In this document: positions 36,689-45,605 of the stretch, piece after piece
Numbering within the stretch: position 1 is the first letter of the stretch
How the letters are laid out: every line of letters begins with the position of its first letter
Assembly: GCA_963705705.1 (NCBI GenBank)
Contig: CAVPKK010000005.1
Location: forward strand, 1 to 64,000
DNA from: an uncultured bacterium
Lineage (GTDB): Bacteria; Babelota; Babeliae; Babelales; JABCYS01
Direction: 5' to 3'
DNA length: 64,000 bases
Notes under the pieces: model-generated
Databases searched by the model: none
Told to the model about the DNA's origin: nothing
The model's input: only the letters and a program-made list of their open reading frames with translations
Program-made: the position numbers and the translations under genes

Positions 36689-39247
36689 ATGATTGCCAAA
36701 ACAAGTTCTTTTCTCTTATGGCTCTTAACTATCACTCAGGCAGTTATGCCTGCAGTGGCATTTGCCAAACCTGCCGCAAAACCTGCGCCGGAAGCTACGC
36801 CAACTAATGTGCTTTCGCCAAGTGAGGAAGAGGCAATAACTAAAGAAGTAACTGCTTTACTTGAAAAAGGGCCGGCTGAAGGCGTGGCAAATATTGAATT
36901 TAATTTTGAAAATGCAGATTTACAAACATTGCTCAATTATATCGCTGAGTTATTTGATATCTCATTTATTCCTGATGATTCAATCGCACCAATGCTCCAG
37001 GGTGGTAAAGGAGTAGCTGGTAATAAAGTTACATTCCGCACGAATCGTCCGATGACCAAAAAAGGGGTTTGGGCATTATTTACCAGCTTCCTTGATGTTG
37101 CAGGCTTGGCACTAGCCCTCACACCTGAAAAGAGAACATACAGATTAACAGGCGCACCGGCCGCTCAAAAGATGGCCCTGCAAACCTTTATTGGCGTAGA
37201 CTCTGAAACCCTGCCTGAAGATGATATGCGTATTCGGTATGTCTATTTTTTAAAAAATGCTTCAGTCGATAGTATCAAGCCAATAGTTGAACAATTGCGT
37301 GGCACTACCTCATCATTCACTGCCTTTATTCCTTTACAAGCCATTATTATAACCGACAAGTCATATAACATTCGGGCGCTCATGAAAATTGTACGTGAGC
37401 TCGACAAGGCAAGCCCGCCGGAAGTAATGTCGGTAATTAAACTCAAAAATACGGGCGCTGAAGATGTAAAAAAACTGTATGACGCTCTCACCCAGGGCGA
37501 GGATCAGCGCAATATGGTTGCGCGTATCTTTGGCGCACGTCGCCAGGCAGAATCTTTCATATTCCCTGAAGGTACTCGCGTTATTTCAGAACCACGCACA
37601 AATGCACTTATTGTATTAGGCGTCAAAGACGCGGTAGATAAAATTGAAGATTTTGTGCGCAAGGTAGATACCGAAATTGTAGAGGAAACTTCTCCGTTCT
37701 ATATCTATGAACTGCAACATACTGATGCGCTCACAATGGCCGACATCATGAATAAGGTAACCCAATACGGCATTGGCACAGTAGCCGGGCAAGCAGGTGG
37801 CGTACGTGAAGGGGAAAAATATTTTAAACCAATCACATTCACACCCGAAAAAAGTGGTAACCGCCTTATTGTTCGTGGTGATTATGAAGATTACATCAAA
37901 GCAAAAGAAGTAATTGAAAAATTAGATGTGATGCAGCCACAAATAGGATTGGAAGTACTCGTAGTAACGGTTGATAATACACAAAATAGACAACTTGGTA
38001 CGGCAATGCGCAATCAACGGCCGGATACGTTGGCAAATAATGTTAATTTCCAAAGCACCTTTTTCAATACGGCGCCTGTAATTAATCCAACCACCGGCAG
38101 CATCATGGCTGATTTGATTGGTCTTGCTACATCAGCTGCGCAGGGAAGCTTCTTGCTCTCACTTGGTGCCGATACTAATATTTGGGCGATCTTCCAATGC
38201 CTTTCAAAATATACTGCCTCAACCATCGTATCTAATCCATTTCTTGTAACGGCCAATAAATACAAAGCGACAGTTTCTTTGGGCCAAACGCGTCGCGTGC
38301 TTACTTCAACTGTAACCTCTGGCGGTGCTACAACGCAAGGCCAAGATGATCTGTCTGCAAATCTTGAGGTTGTTATTATTCCTCAAATTAATAGTGATGG
38401 GCTCATTACGCTTGAAATATCGGTACATGATGACCAATTTACTTCTCCCGTTACAGCGCTACCTGCAATTGCTAATACAACACGCCGCGTTGTAGATACA
38501 AAAGCAATTGTAGCCGATAAGGAAGTGCTCGCACTTGGCGGTCTTATTCAAACTCAGGTTGATGAAGCTGGTAATACTATTCCGCTGCTCGGCCAGATCC
38601 CAATAATAGGATGGTTGTTTAAAAGCAAAAGTAAGGCGGCTATTACATCAAATCTCCTTATCTTTATCTCACCGCATATTATTCAGCCCAAAATAGGTGG
38701 CGGCTCCAATAACTATACGCTGCGCAAAAGTGAATATGCACGACGAACTGCCCGCCAGATGGAATATCCGGAGGAAAGCCGTGATCCTGTGTATCGTTGG
38801 TTCTTTAGGGGTGAAAAGCCTGATCAAGAAATCAATGATTTCATATCGCGCAAACATTTCGCAACCGTTGAGGATATGAGTAACTTCTATGAAAACCGTA
38901 CAACCGTTGAAAAACCAGTATATCAACGTGCCGCGGGAGCACGAGCAGAGTTTCAAGAACAAAAGCTTATAAAGCGCGCGAAAAAAAATCGCAGCCATCT
39001 GATCGCCGATGCTGAACTAGCTAAGGATTCGGCTGCACTTAAATTAGCAGATGCAGGGACAGCCGCTCGTCCCGAGCCTGGCCCTTCGATACATTTTGCT
39101 GCGCAAAACACTCAGGGTGATCGGCTCGTTGGAAAACGCTCCGTTCTAGACTTTTTTGATGAAGGCGCACAAACAAAATTACCCCAAGCAGGGCCAGTTA
39201 TCCTCAGCTCGAAAGACCATATGCCTGAGCGAAAGGGGATCGCATGA
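36689..39247 (+). CDS. gspD: Type II secretion secretin (copy 1)
   Basis: N0 FNFENADL; N-domains (RTNALIV, NRLIV); LD..QPQI.LEV; IPLLGQIPIIGWLFK and NLLIFISP. Confidence 0.9.
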   Translation: MIAKTSSFLLWLLTITQAVMPAVAFAKPAAKPAPEATPTNVLSPSEEEAITKEVTALLEKGPAEGVANIEFNFENADLQTLLNYIAELFDISFIPDDSIAPMLQGGKGVAGNKVTFRTNRPMTKKGVWALFTSFLDVAGLALALTPEKRTYRLTGAPAAQKMALQTFIGVDSETLPEDDMRIRYVYFLKNASVDSIKPIVEQLRGTTSSFTAFIPLQAIIITDKSYNIRALMKIVRELDKASPPEVMSVIKLKNTGAEDVKKLYDALTQGEDQRNMVARIFGARRQAESFIFPEGTRVISEPRTNALIVLGVKDAVDKIEDFVRKVDTEIVEETSPFYIYELQHTDALTMADIMNKVTQYGIGTVAGQAGGVREGEKYFKPITFTPEKSGNRLIVRGDYEDYIKAKEVIEKLDVMQPQIGLEVLVVTVDNTQNRQLGTAMRNQRPDTLANNVNFQSTFFNTAPVINPTTGSIMADLIGLATSAAQGSFLLSLGADTNIWAIFQCLSKYTASTIVSNPFLVTANKYKATVSLGQTRRVLTSTVTSGGATTQGQDDLSANLEVVIIPQINSDGLITLEISVHDDQFTSPVTALPAIANTTRRVVDTKAIVADKEVLALGGLIQTQVDEAGNTIPLLGQIPIIGWLFKSKSKAAITSNLLIFISPHIIQPKIGGGSNNYTLRKSEYARRTARQMEYPEESRDPVYRWFFRGEKPDQEINDFISRKHFATVEDMSNFYENRTTVEKPVYQRAAGARAEFQEQKLIKRAKKNRSHLIADAELAKDSAALKLADAGTAARPEPGPSIHFAAQNTQGDRLVGKRSVLDFFDEGAQTKLPQAGPVILSSKDHMPERKGIA
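39063..39124. repeat. Composite palindromic element inserted in frame in the C-terminal tail of gspD copy 1
   Basis: 39063-39080 matches the reverse complement of the 34361 element at 17/18. 39081-39124 matches the reverse complement of 14491-14535 apart from one G. Confidence 0.88.
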
Positions 39248-40851
39248 TAAAAAACATTTTCTTGCCAGAGAAAATTGGTTCGTACTTTTTCTTCCCCCAG
39301 CGCATCATAGGCTTTGATATCGGCAAAACCCAAATTACCGCAACGGTTGTGCATGCTAAGGGAAATGTGCGAACGATTGAACGGATTATTCATCATACCT
39401 TGACGACTACTGCTGCTACGTATGAAGAACGCGTCAGCGCAGGGATAGCTACTATTTGTGGTGAAGTTGGTAAGTATGACACTATTGTATGTGGCATTTC
39501 ATCATCTATTATCTTTTTTAAAGAGCTTACTATTCCTTTTACCCAACGTGATAAAATTGAAAAAGTGCTGCCATTTGAAATTGAATCATTACTACCCTTT
39601 CCGGCCGAACAAGCTGTTTTAGATTTCATTATAACGAAGATAGATGGCTCTCAAGCCAATATCATGGTCGGCGCAGTTCAACGGAATCAAATAGAAGAAT
39701 ACAGAGCATTATTTACGCAGGCGGGCGTAACACTGACTAGATTGGTTATTGATCTCTTTGCATTGTATGGCCTCTATCGCGAGATTCCCGTATATCGTGA
39801 TACGCAGGGCGCGGTTGCTTTGGTTAACATTGGTTTTTCAAACTCACGCATTGCCTTCATTCATGATGGCCAATTAAAATATATTCGTTCAATGCCAAAG
39901 GGTATCGGTTCAATGCTCCGGCCAATTACAGAATTAGGCATCCCAACCGCCGAAGCTCATGAACTATTACTCCGATACGGTATTAATAAAAATGACGACG
40001 CTGCTTATAGTAAGGCCGCCAAAACTGGACTCGATGATTTACTCTCTGCCCTAACTTTTACCATGCAAACTTTCTTGCAACGACTGAATCTGCAAACGGT
40101 AGCCACCACGTTGCTCTCGGGTGGCGGTGCTGAGATAAAAGATATTGGTCATGATATTGCGCAGCGATTAAATAGTAAGGTTGAAGTATTTTCCGCTGAT
40201 CAACTATTTACCTTGCCTTCCTACCGTATAAATGGACAAAAGCATATCTCTCCTATGGCCATTATGAGCACAGCGATAGCCCTGCCAACACCAACTATGG
40301 AATATAGTAATTTACTCACAACGGCAGGAGAAGAAGAGACATCCTTACTTACCAAGCAAGCCATCGTAGCAGGCACACTTGTTGCCGTCATACTATTGCT
40401 GTTAATTGGCAACAGCTACTGGCAATCGCGGACATTATCCAATGCGCTTTCCAAAGGGCAAAAACAGGTGATTAGAACTTTGGAAGCTGAATCAGAACTC
40501 AAGATTTCAGGAGTTCGACGTGTAACCGAGGCAGTCGATACTGCTCGCTCGCGCGTGGAAGAACACAAAAAAGTTTGGGGTTCATTCGCCTCACGTACAA
40601 GGTCTTCATTCTTGACCTATTTGCAGAAATTATCGGTAGCTATAGATAAGCAGGCAATTGGCTTAGAGCTTAAGAAATTAGATATTAACCACGAACGTAT
40701 TACATTGCAGGGCCGTGTGCGCAATATTCCTGCATTGATTATTCTTGAAGAAGAATTGCGTCAAGCAAACCTTGGCACATTCATCAACCCACAAGAGCCA
40801 ACCTTTAACATTGTTATCACCCTCAAAAAAGAGTTGGAGGAGTGCAGTTAA
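39244..40851 (+). CDS. GspL/PilM-like protein (actin-like cytoplasmic domain, TM, PilN/GspL-like periplasmic domain)
   Basis: IGFDIG, FEIESLLPF, VNIG, LSGGGA, a TM near the C-terminus and ITLQG. Confidence 0.8.
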   Translation: MIKNIFLPEKIGSYFFFPQRIIGFDIGKTQITATVVHAKGNVRTIERIIHHTLTTTAATYEERVSAGIATICGEVGKYDTIVCGISSSIIFFKELTIPFTQRDKIEKVLPFEIESLLPFPAEQAVLDFIITKIDGSQANIMVGAVQRNQIEEYRALFTQAGVTLTRLVIDLFALYGLYREIPVYRDTQGAVALVNIGFSNSRIAFIHDGQLKYIRSMPKGIGSMLRPITELGIPTAEAHELLLRYGINKNDDAAYSKAAKTGLDDLLSALTFTMQTFLQRLNLQTVATTLLSGGGAEIKDIGHDIAQRLNSKVEVFSADQLFTLPSYRINGQKHISPMAIMSTAIALPTPTMEYSNLLTTAGEEETSLLTKQAIVAGTLVAVILLLLIGNSYWQSRTLSNALSKGQKQVIRTLEAESELKISGVRRVTEAVDTARSRVEEHKKVWGSFASRTRSSFLTYLQKLSVAIDKQAIGLELKKLDINHERITLQGRVRNIPALIILEEELRQANLGTFINPQEPTFNIVITLKKELEECS

Positions 40852-41408
40852 TGGTTACTGAACTGAATAAATTTTTATCAGAGCTTGATACCCATACTTT
40901 TTATAAATATGTAGCTGGCTTTTTGGCGGCTATTATATTGATCATGGGCATTATTTTGTTCATGCATCACCGCAAGGTTAATACCCTCAAAACACAAATT
41001 AGCAAGCTTAATACGCAACGCGATGAGGTGCAGCACCTGCTCAGCACCTTTGCATGCGTAAAGACCCAAAAGACTGAGGTCGAGGCTTTACTCGAAAAAG
41101 ATAAAAATTTCAAAATTGTTGGCTATATTGACGATCTTCTTACTTCATTAGCATTAGCTGGGAATAAAACTGGGTTGCAGCAATCAGAAGAATCGTTAGA
41201 AAATATCGGGCCTTATACTGAAATAAAAGTAGTCGTTACACTTTCTGACATTAGCATGCGCCAATTGTCTGAGCTGTTACAGCAAATTGAAAAAAATGAA
41301 CGCGTACATATGACCGCACTTACTATTACAAAGTCGCCAACCAAACCTACTATAGATGTAACACTTACCATTGGTACGGTACAATCACGTGCCGAGGAGG
41401 TTACATGA
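40851..41408 (+). CDS. GspM-like inner-membrane protein
   Basis: TM, coiled coil, then VVTLSDISMRQLSELLQQIE; coupled to both neighbours. Confidence 0.7.
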   Translation: MVTELNKFLSELDTHTFYKYVAGFLAAIILIMGIILFMHHRKVNTLKTQISKLNTQRDEVQHLLSTFACVKTQKTEVEALLEKDKNFKIVGYIDDLLTSLALAGNKTGLQQSEESLENIGPYTEIKVVVTLSDISMRQLSELLQQIEKNERVHMTALTITKSPTKPTIDVTLTIGTVQSRAEEVT

Positions 41409-44059
41409 ATATTCTTCTTAACTATTTGAGCAAGACTTTGCTGGGACCTAAAGCGGTCAACAGATTAAATTTAGCGACGTTAATATCCAATAAAACGTCT
41501 CGAACAAGAAAGATAACGGAGGCAGGAGGCGGTAGCCTCCTGATGGAGTTAGGGAGGGGTGTTAGGGAATTCTGGGGTCCCCGTCCTTTAGGATGGGGTA
41601 AAGCGAACGGACCCTTAGCAGGAGCTAACTGCAAAAATGGGTCTCTTCTACCACTAATGTTTTTAGCTGTTTTCTCCTGCAATTTTCTACATGCAGCTGA
41701 TCCCATAGTACCGCAGGTACCTCCAAAGCTCGCTAAGAAAATGGTGAACTTTAATTTTGAAAATGAAGATCTCATCACCATCATTAATTATCTTGCCGGT
41801 GAATTGAAAATAAATGTGCTGCTGCCTATGCCGCCAAATAATATTACGGCTAAAGCAACACTACGCCATCAAAAGAAAATGTCGTTACACGATGCTTTTG
41901 TACGGCTGCAAACTATACTTGATACTGCCGGATATAATATTCTGCCACATGGCAAAAACACCTATATGGTGGTAAAAACTGATCAAGCTGAAAACCGCGA
42001 TGCATTACCGACGTACATAGGCGTAGCGGCACAAGAGTTACCTTCGAGTGACGTCCGCATTCGCTATGTCTACTTCTTTGAGAATATTAAAATTCCGACG
42101 GGTGGTGGTGGTCAGGCAGCTGAGATAAAAATTATGCTCGAGGATATGCTAAAGGATCCTAATCACCCCGGTACCGGAGATGTATTATTTGATAGCGCAA
42201 CCAATGCAATGATTTTGACTGCCAATTCATATAGTATAAAAGTGGCGATGCAGGTTATTAGCGAATTAGATAAAACTGGTTTTAGGGAATTGGTGGAGGT
42301 AGTTCGTTTAGTACATACCTCGGCACCATTTGTGGCCAAATTTTTAAATGACCAATTGCTTGCACCAACGCCGCAGCATGGCCCTCAGGGTGCAGCTGTT
42401 TTCCCGCCCAATGCTGATCACGCCCTTTTCGCAAAAACAGTAAAAATAGTTGCAGATCCCCGGTCGAATTCATTAATTTTACTTGGTAGGACTCAAGCGC
42501 TGGATCGCCTAAAAGATTTTATCTACAAGTATATTGATGTGCCACTTGAGAGCGGTGACTCAATCATCCATGTATACGATCTTCAATATTTGGATGCTGG
42601 TATATTTGCCGATGATTTGATAAACATCATTAAAAGTCCAGAAATTCCTGGACAAGCAAAAGGAGCCGCAAGCGTTGAAGCCCGTCAATTCCAAGGTGTA
42701 ATCATCGCGGCTGAAAAATATGCTGAAGCGCAAAAGCTGGTAACTAAAGCAGGTGAAGCCGGCGCTATTGCGCAAGGGGGTAACCGTTTAATTATCGCAG
42801 CAAAAAAGAGTGATTGGATTGCACTTAAACACTTGATAGATGATTTGGATAAACCACAACCACAAGTTTCTTTAGATGTGTTGGTAGTCGATGTAGCGCT
42901 TGCCGACGTGCATGCAATAACGAACCAGCTACGCAATCCAAACCAAGTAGTTGCACGCAATGTAAATTTCCAATTTAATGGCGATGGCACTGTAGGCGGT
43001 AATAATGGGCAAATTTTAAATACACCGCCAGTTAATCTGAATACCGATCTTCTATTGGTTAATCCAAATCCTGGCAATACTCCCGGTGCAAACTTGGCAA
43101 CGGCGCAAACGCCCGGAACCTTCATCCTCAGTTTCTTCGATCAATATACCAACGGTATCTGGTGGGTAATGAATATACTCCAAACATATGCCAATACCCG
43201 TATTCTCTCACACCCGCATATTACTACGGTCAACCAACGGCAGGCGAATGTTTCAGTTGCTGAAACGCGCCTAGCAGCTGGGCCTGTTAAACAAAACCCT
43301 GATGGAAGTACAGTGGCAACACAGGTTAATCTTACAGCTGATCTTACCGTTGAACTGCTGCCTCGCATTAATCTTTCGAACTCTATAAATATGCAAATTG
43401 CCGTCAAGATAAACAACTTTTTAGCGGGCACTAATAACAATAACACAATCAATACGCGTACTGTTATTACAAATGCTACCGTAGGTAACGGTGAAGTGTT
43501 GGTATTAGGTGGCCTCGTTCAAAATAACGAAACTTCTAATGGGCAGGAAATTCCCTTGCTGAGTTCGCTTCCATTAGTTGGTTGGATGTTTAAAGGGAAT
43601 ACTAAAGAAGTAACCCGAAATAATTTGATGGTTTTCATTGCGCCAACGGTTGTTAAACCACGCCTTTCAGGCGGCGTAACTCCATTTACTGCCGACAAGT
43701 TTGCCGTGGGCGAACAATTAATGGCCTCGGGTGAGCTCTTTAATAATCTTCGCGATCCAGTCAATCGCTGGTATTTTGCATCGCCTCGCCACAGTGCTAA
43801 AGGCCTTGCAGCCGAATATAAAGCTGATGCTTTCTTTAGTGATGAACCACTGCGCGATTCAATCGAACGAAAACTCATCATTCCCCCGGCAGTTAATAGA
43901 GAGAGACGAAGCAGACGATCAAAAAAAGAATATAACGAACAAAAGGTATTGCCTAAACAACCAGAACCGGCGCCTCATCCAGTCATGGCACATGATGAAT
44001 ATGCCGCCAAACGGCTAAAGGAATTACTGGCGAATGAAACCATGCCCGTATTGTCGTAA
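41405..44059 (+). CDS. gspD: Type II secretion secretin (copy 2) with an elongated N-terminus
   Basis: FNFENEDL, RIRYVYF, DPRSNSLI, LDKPQPQV, IPLLSSLPLVGWMFK and NLMVFIAP; GAGGAGG RBS; paralog of copy 1. Confidence 0.9.
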   Translation: MNILLNYLSKTLLGPKAVNRLNLATLISNKTSRTRKITEAGGGSLLMELGRGVREFWGPRPLGWGKANGPLAGANCKNGSLLPLMFLAVFSCNFLHAADPIVPQVPPKLAKKMVNFNFENEDLITIINYLAGELKINVLLPMPPNNITAKATLRHQKKMSLHDAFVRLQTILDTAGYNILPHGKNTYMVVKTDQAENRDALPTYIGVAAQELPSSDVRIRYVYFFENIKIPTGGGGQAAEIKIMLEDMLKDPNHPGTGDVLFDSATNAMILTANSYSIKVAMQVISELDKTGFRELVEVVRLVHTSAPFVAKFLNDQLLAPTPQHGPQGAAVFPPNADHALFAKTVKIVADPRSNSLILLGRTQALDRLKDFIYKYIDVPLESGDSIIHVYDLQYLDAGIFADDLINIIKSPEIPGQAKGAASVEARQFQGVIIAAEKYAEAQKLVTKAGEAGAIAQGGNRLIIAAKKSDWIALKHLIDDLDKPQPQVSLDVLVVDVALADVHAITNQLRNPNQVVARNVNFQFNGDGTVGGNNGQILNTPPVNLNTDLLLVNPNPGNTPGANLATAQTPGTFILSFFDQYTNGIWWVMNILQTYANTRILSHPHITTVNQRQANVSVAETRLAAGPVKQNPDGSTVATQVNLTADLTVELLPRINLSNSINMQIAVKINNFLAGTNNNNTINTRTVITNATVGNGEVLVLGGLVQNNETSNGQEIPLLSSLPLVGWMFKGNTKEVTRNNLMVFIAPTVVKPRLSGGVTPFTADKFAVGEQLMASGELFNNLRDPVNRWYFASPRHSAKGLAAEYKADAFFSDEPLRDSIERKLIIPPAVNRERRSRRSKKEYNEQKVLPKQPEPAPHPVMAHDEYAAKRLKELLANETMPVLS
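41523..41644. repeat. Multi-hairpin element inside the 5' coding region of gspD copy 2
   Basis: Hairpins CAGGAGGC-GGTA-GCCTCCTG, CCCCGTCCT-TT-AGGATGGGG and GACCC...GGGTC; shares GGAGGGGT and GAACGGACCC with 34260-34338. Confidence 0.7.
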
Positions 44060-44187
44060 ATACAATTACAATAAGAAAACGCCCTTCCTAGGCCAAACTC
44101 CCATCGCAGGCTAATAGAATTACAACCTATTGCGATCCAGTCTGCCCAGCCTAAACTGCAGTTATACCTTAATGGAGGCTATAACTA

Positions 44188-45255
44188 ATGCAGAAAATAT
44201 TTGTTCTATCATTCTTTACCGCGATAATTTTTACCACGGCTACACACGCGACCGCAACAGCATCGCAAATGCCTGAGAAGCAAAGTTTTGCGGACCGCAT
44301 TTCACATGCCATAAAAAACAACGCCGTTTCTACGGGCATCGCCAGAGTAGCAACAAAAGGCAAAGATGCGGTGGCAAAACTTTATCACATAGTAAGTATG
44401 CCTATATATGTTCTCGTCCTTTTCCCACTCTGGCATGCTGCTATAGCAATAAAATACAGATGCGCCAAATTGCCCGCCAACGATCTAGAAAAGATAAAGA
44501 AGCTTGAAAAACAGACTTGCTCTATTGCGGAAAAAATGGGAACCAAGAATTCTAATATGCGCATTTTTTTTATCCCTGATCCACCACAGCTACCCTTTTG
44601 TAAATGGATAATGTCTGCGCCATTTTTGACGTTCAATATTCCTTATTTTCCAACAATCCTTTTAAACAAAAGAGATTGGGAGAAACTTACCAAAGAAGAA
44701 CAAGATTTCGTATTGGCACATGAAACCGCACATACGACTCAACGATGGGATCACTATCTTCCAGCACTTGTCCCCTATGTCGCGAGTAAACTTGCCCAGC
44801 CAATTTTTCATAAATTTTTATATTGGCTTTATACCAATAAATTCATCAAGACCAATGCTGAGGTACATGCCTTAAGCTTCGGATACGAAGCGTTAAAAAC
44901 TTATTATATTTTCAAATACGTATGGAACGTATTACGAGGTTCATGGTCGCGACGTCTTGAAAAGAGAGCTGACCTGTTAGCGGTAAAAGCATTGGGCACA
45001 AGCAAGGGCGGAATGTCGTTTTTTGCAAAAGAATCAGACATTAATGATTCACTTAAGAATGACATTATTAAATGGAAAGGCGTTACTGCCAAAAAACCCC
45101 AGGGTAAAGGCCAGCAACAGCTGAATAGCATCATTAAGAACCTGACCGCAATTCCAATTAGTGATGCTGAAAAAAATCAATCTCACCCGCCCGATATTGA
45201 ACGCATTATTTACATGGCAGAAGCCGAACAAGCCCGGCTAGTGCAAGCGGCATAA
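44188..45255 (+). CDS. M48 family zinc metalloprotease with a signal peptide
   Basis: FVLAHETAH, EKRAD and SHP...ERI. Confidence 0.85.
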   Translation: MQKIFVLSFFTAIIFTTATHATATASQMPEKQSFADRISHAIKNNAVSTGIARVATKGKDAVAKLYHIVSMPIYVLVLFPLWHAAIAIKYRCAKLPANDLEKIKKLEKQTCSIAEKMGTKNSNMRIFFIPDPPQLPFCKWIMSAPFLTFNIPYFPTILLNKRDWEKLTKEEQDFVLAHETAHTTQRWDHYLPALVPYVASKLAQPIFHKFLYWLYTNKFIKTNAEVHALSFGYEALKTYYIFKYVWNVLRGSWSRRLEKRADLLAVKALGTSKGGMSFFAKESDINDSLKNDIIKWKGVTAKKPQGKGQQQLNSIIKNLTAIPISDAEKNQSHPPDIERIIYMAEAEQARLVQAA

Positions 45256-45368
45256 TGCAAAAAACCTTTCCCTCTAGTTAAATATCCGCAAAACCACTGC
45301 ATTCTTCATAAACTTTTCATAGATTAGCTAGACTATGTGAAGTCAATACTCCTCTTTCTAGTCTAAAT

Positions 45369-45560
45369 ATGAAACTGACAAAGGAAAAAAGTGCTACAAA
45401 AACTACTAAAACTCGCAAGGTAGCTACTAAAAAAGCGCCGAAGACCGCAAAAAAAAGACCGGGAAAGCAAAGCTTCTGGGATGAATGGTATGGCATTGGC
45501 CTTAAACATCCCGAGAACAAAAAAGCTAAGTACAAAAAGACAGCCGATCTTTGGAGATAG
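45369..45560 (+). CDS. Small Lys/Thr/Ala-rich basic protein
   Basis: 63-aa ORF filling the intergenic gap; histone-H1-like composition followed by FWDEWYG. Confidence 0.4.
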   Translation: MKLTKEKSATKTTKTRKVATKKAPKTAKKRPGKQSFWDEWYGIGLKHPENKKAKYKKTADLWR

Positions 45561-45605
45561 CCGTTCATTTTTGACCAATCTTTTCAGTTCGCTTAGCCTG
45601 TAGGC

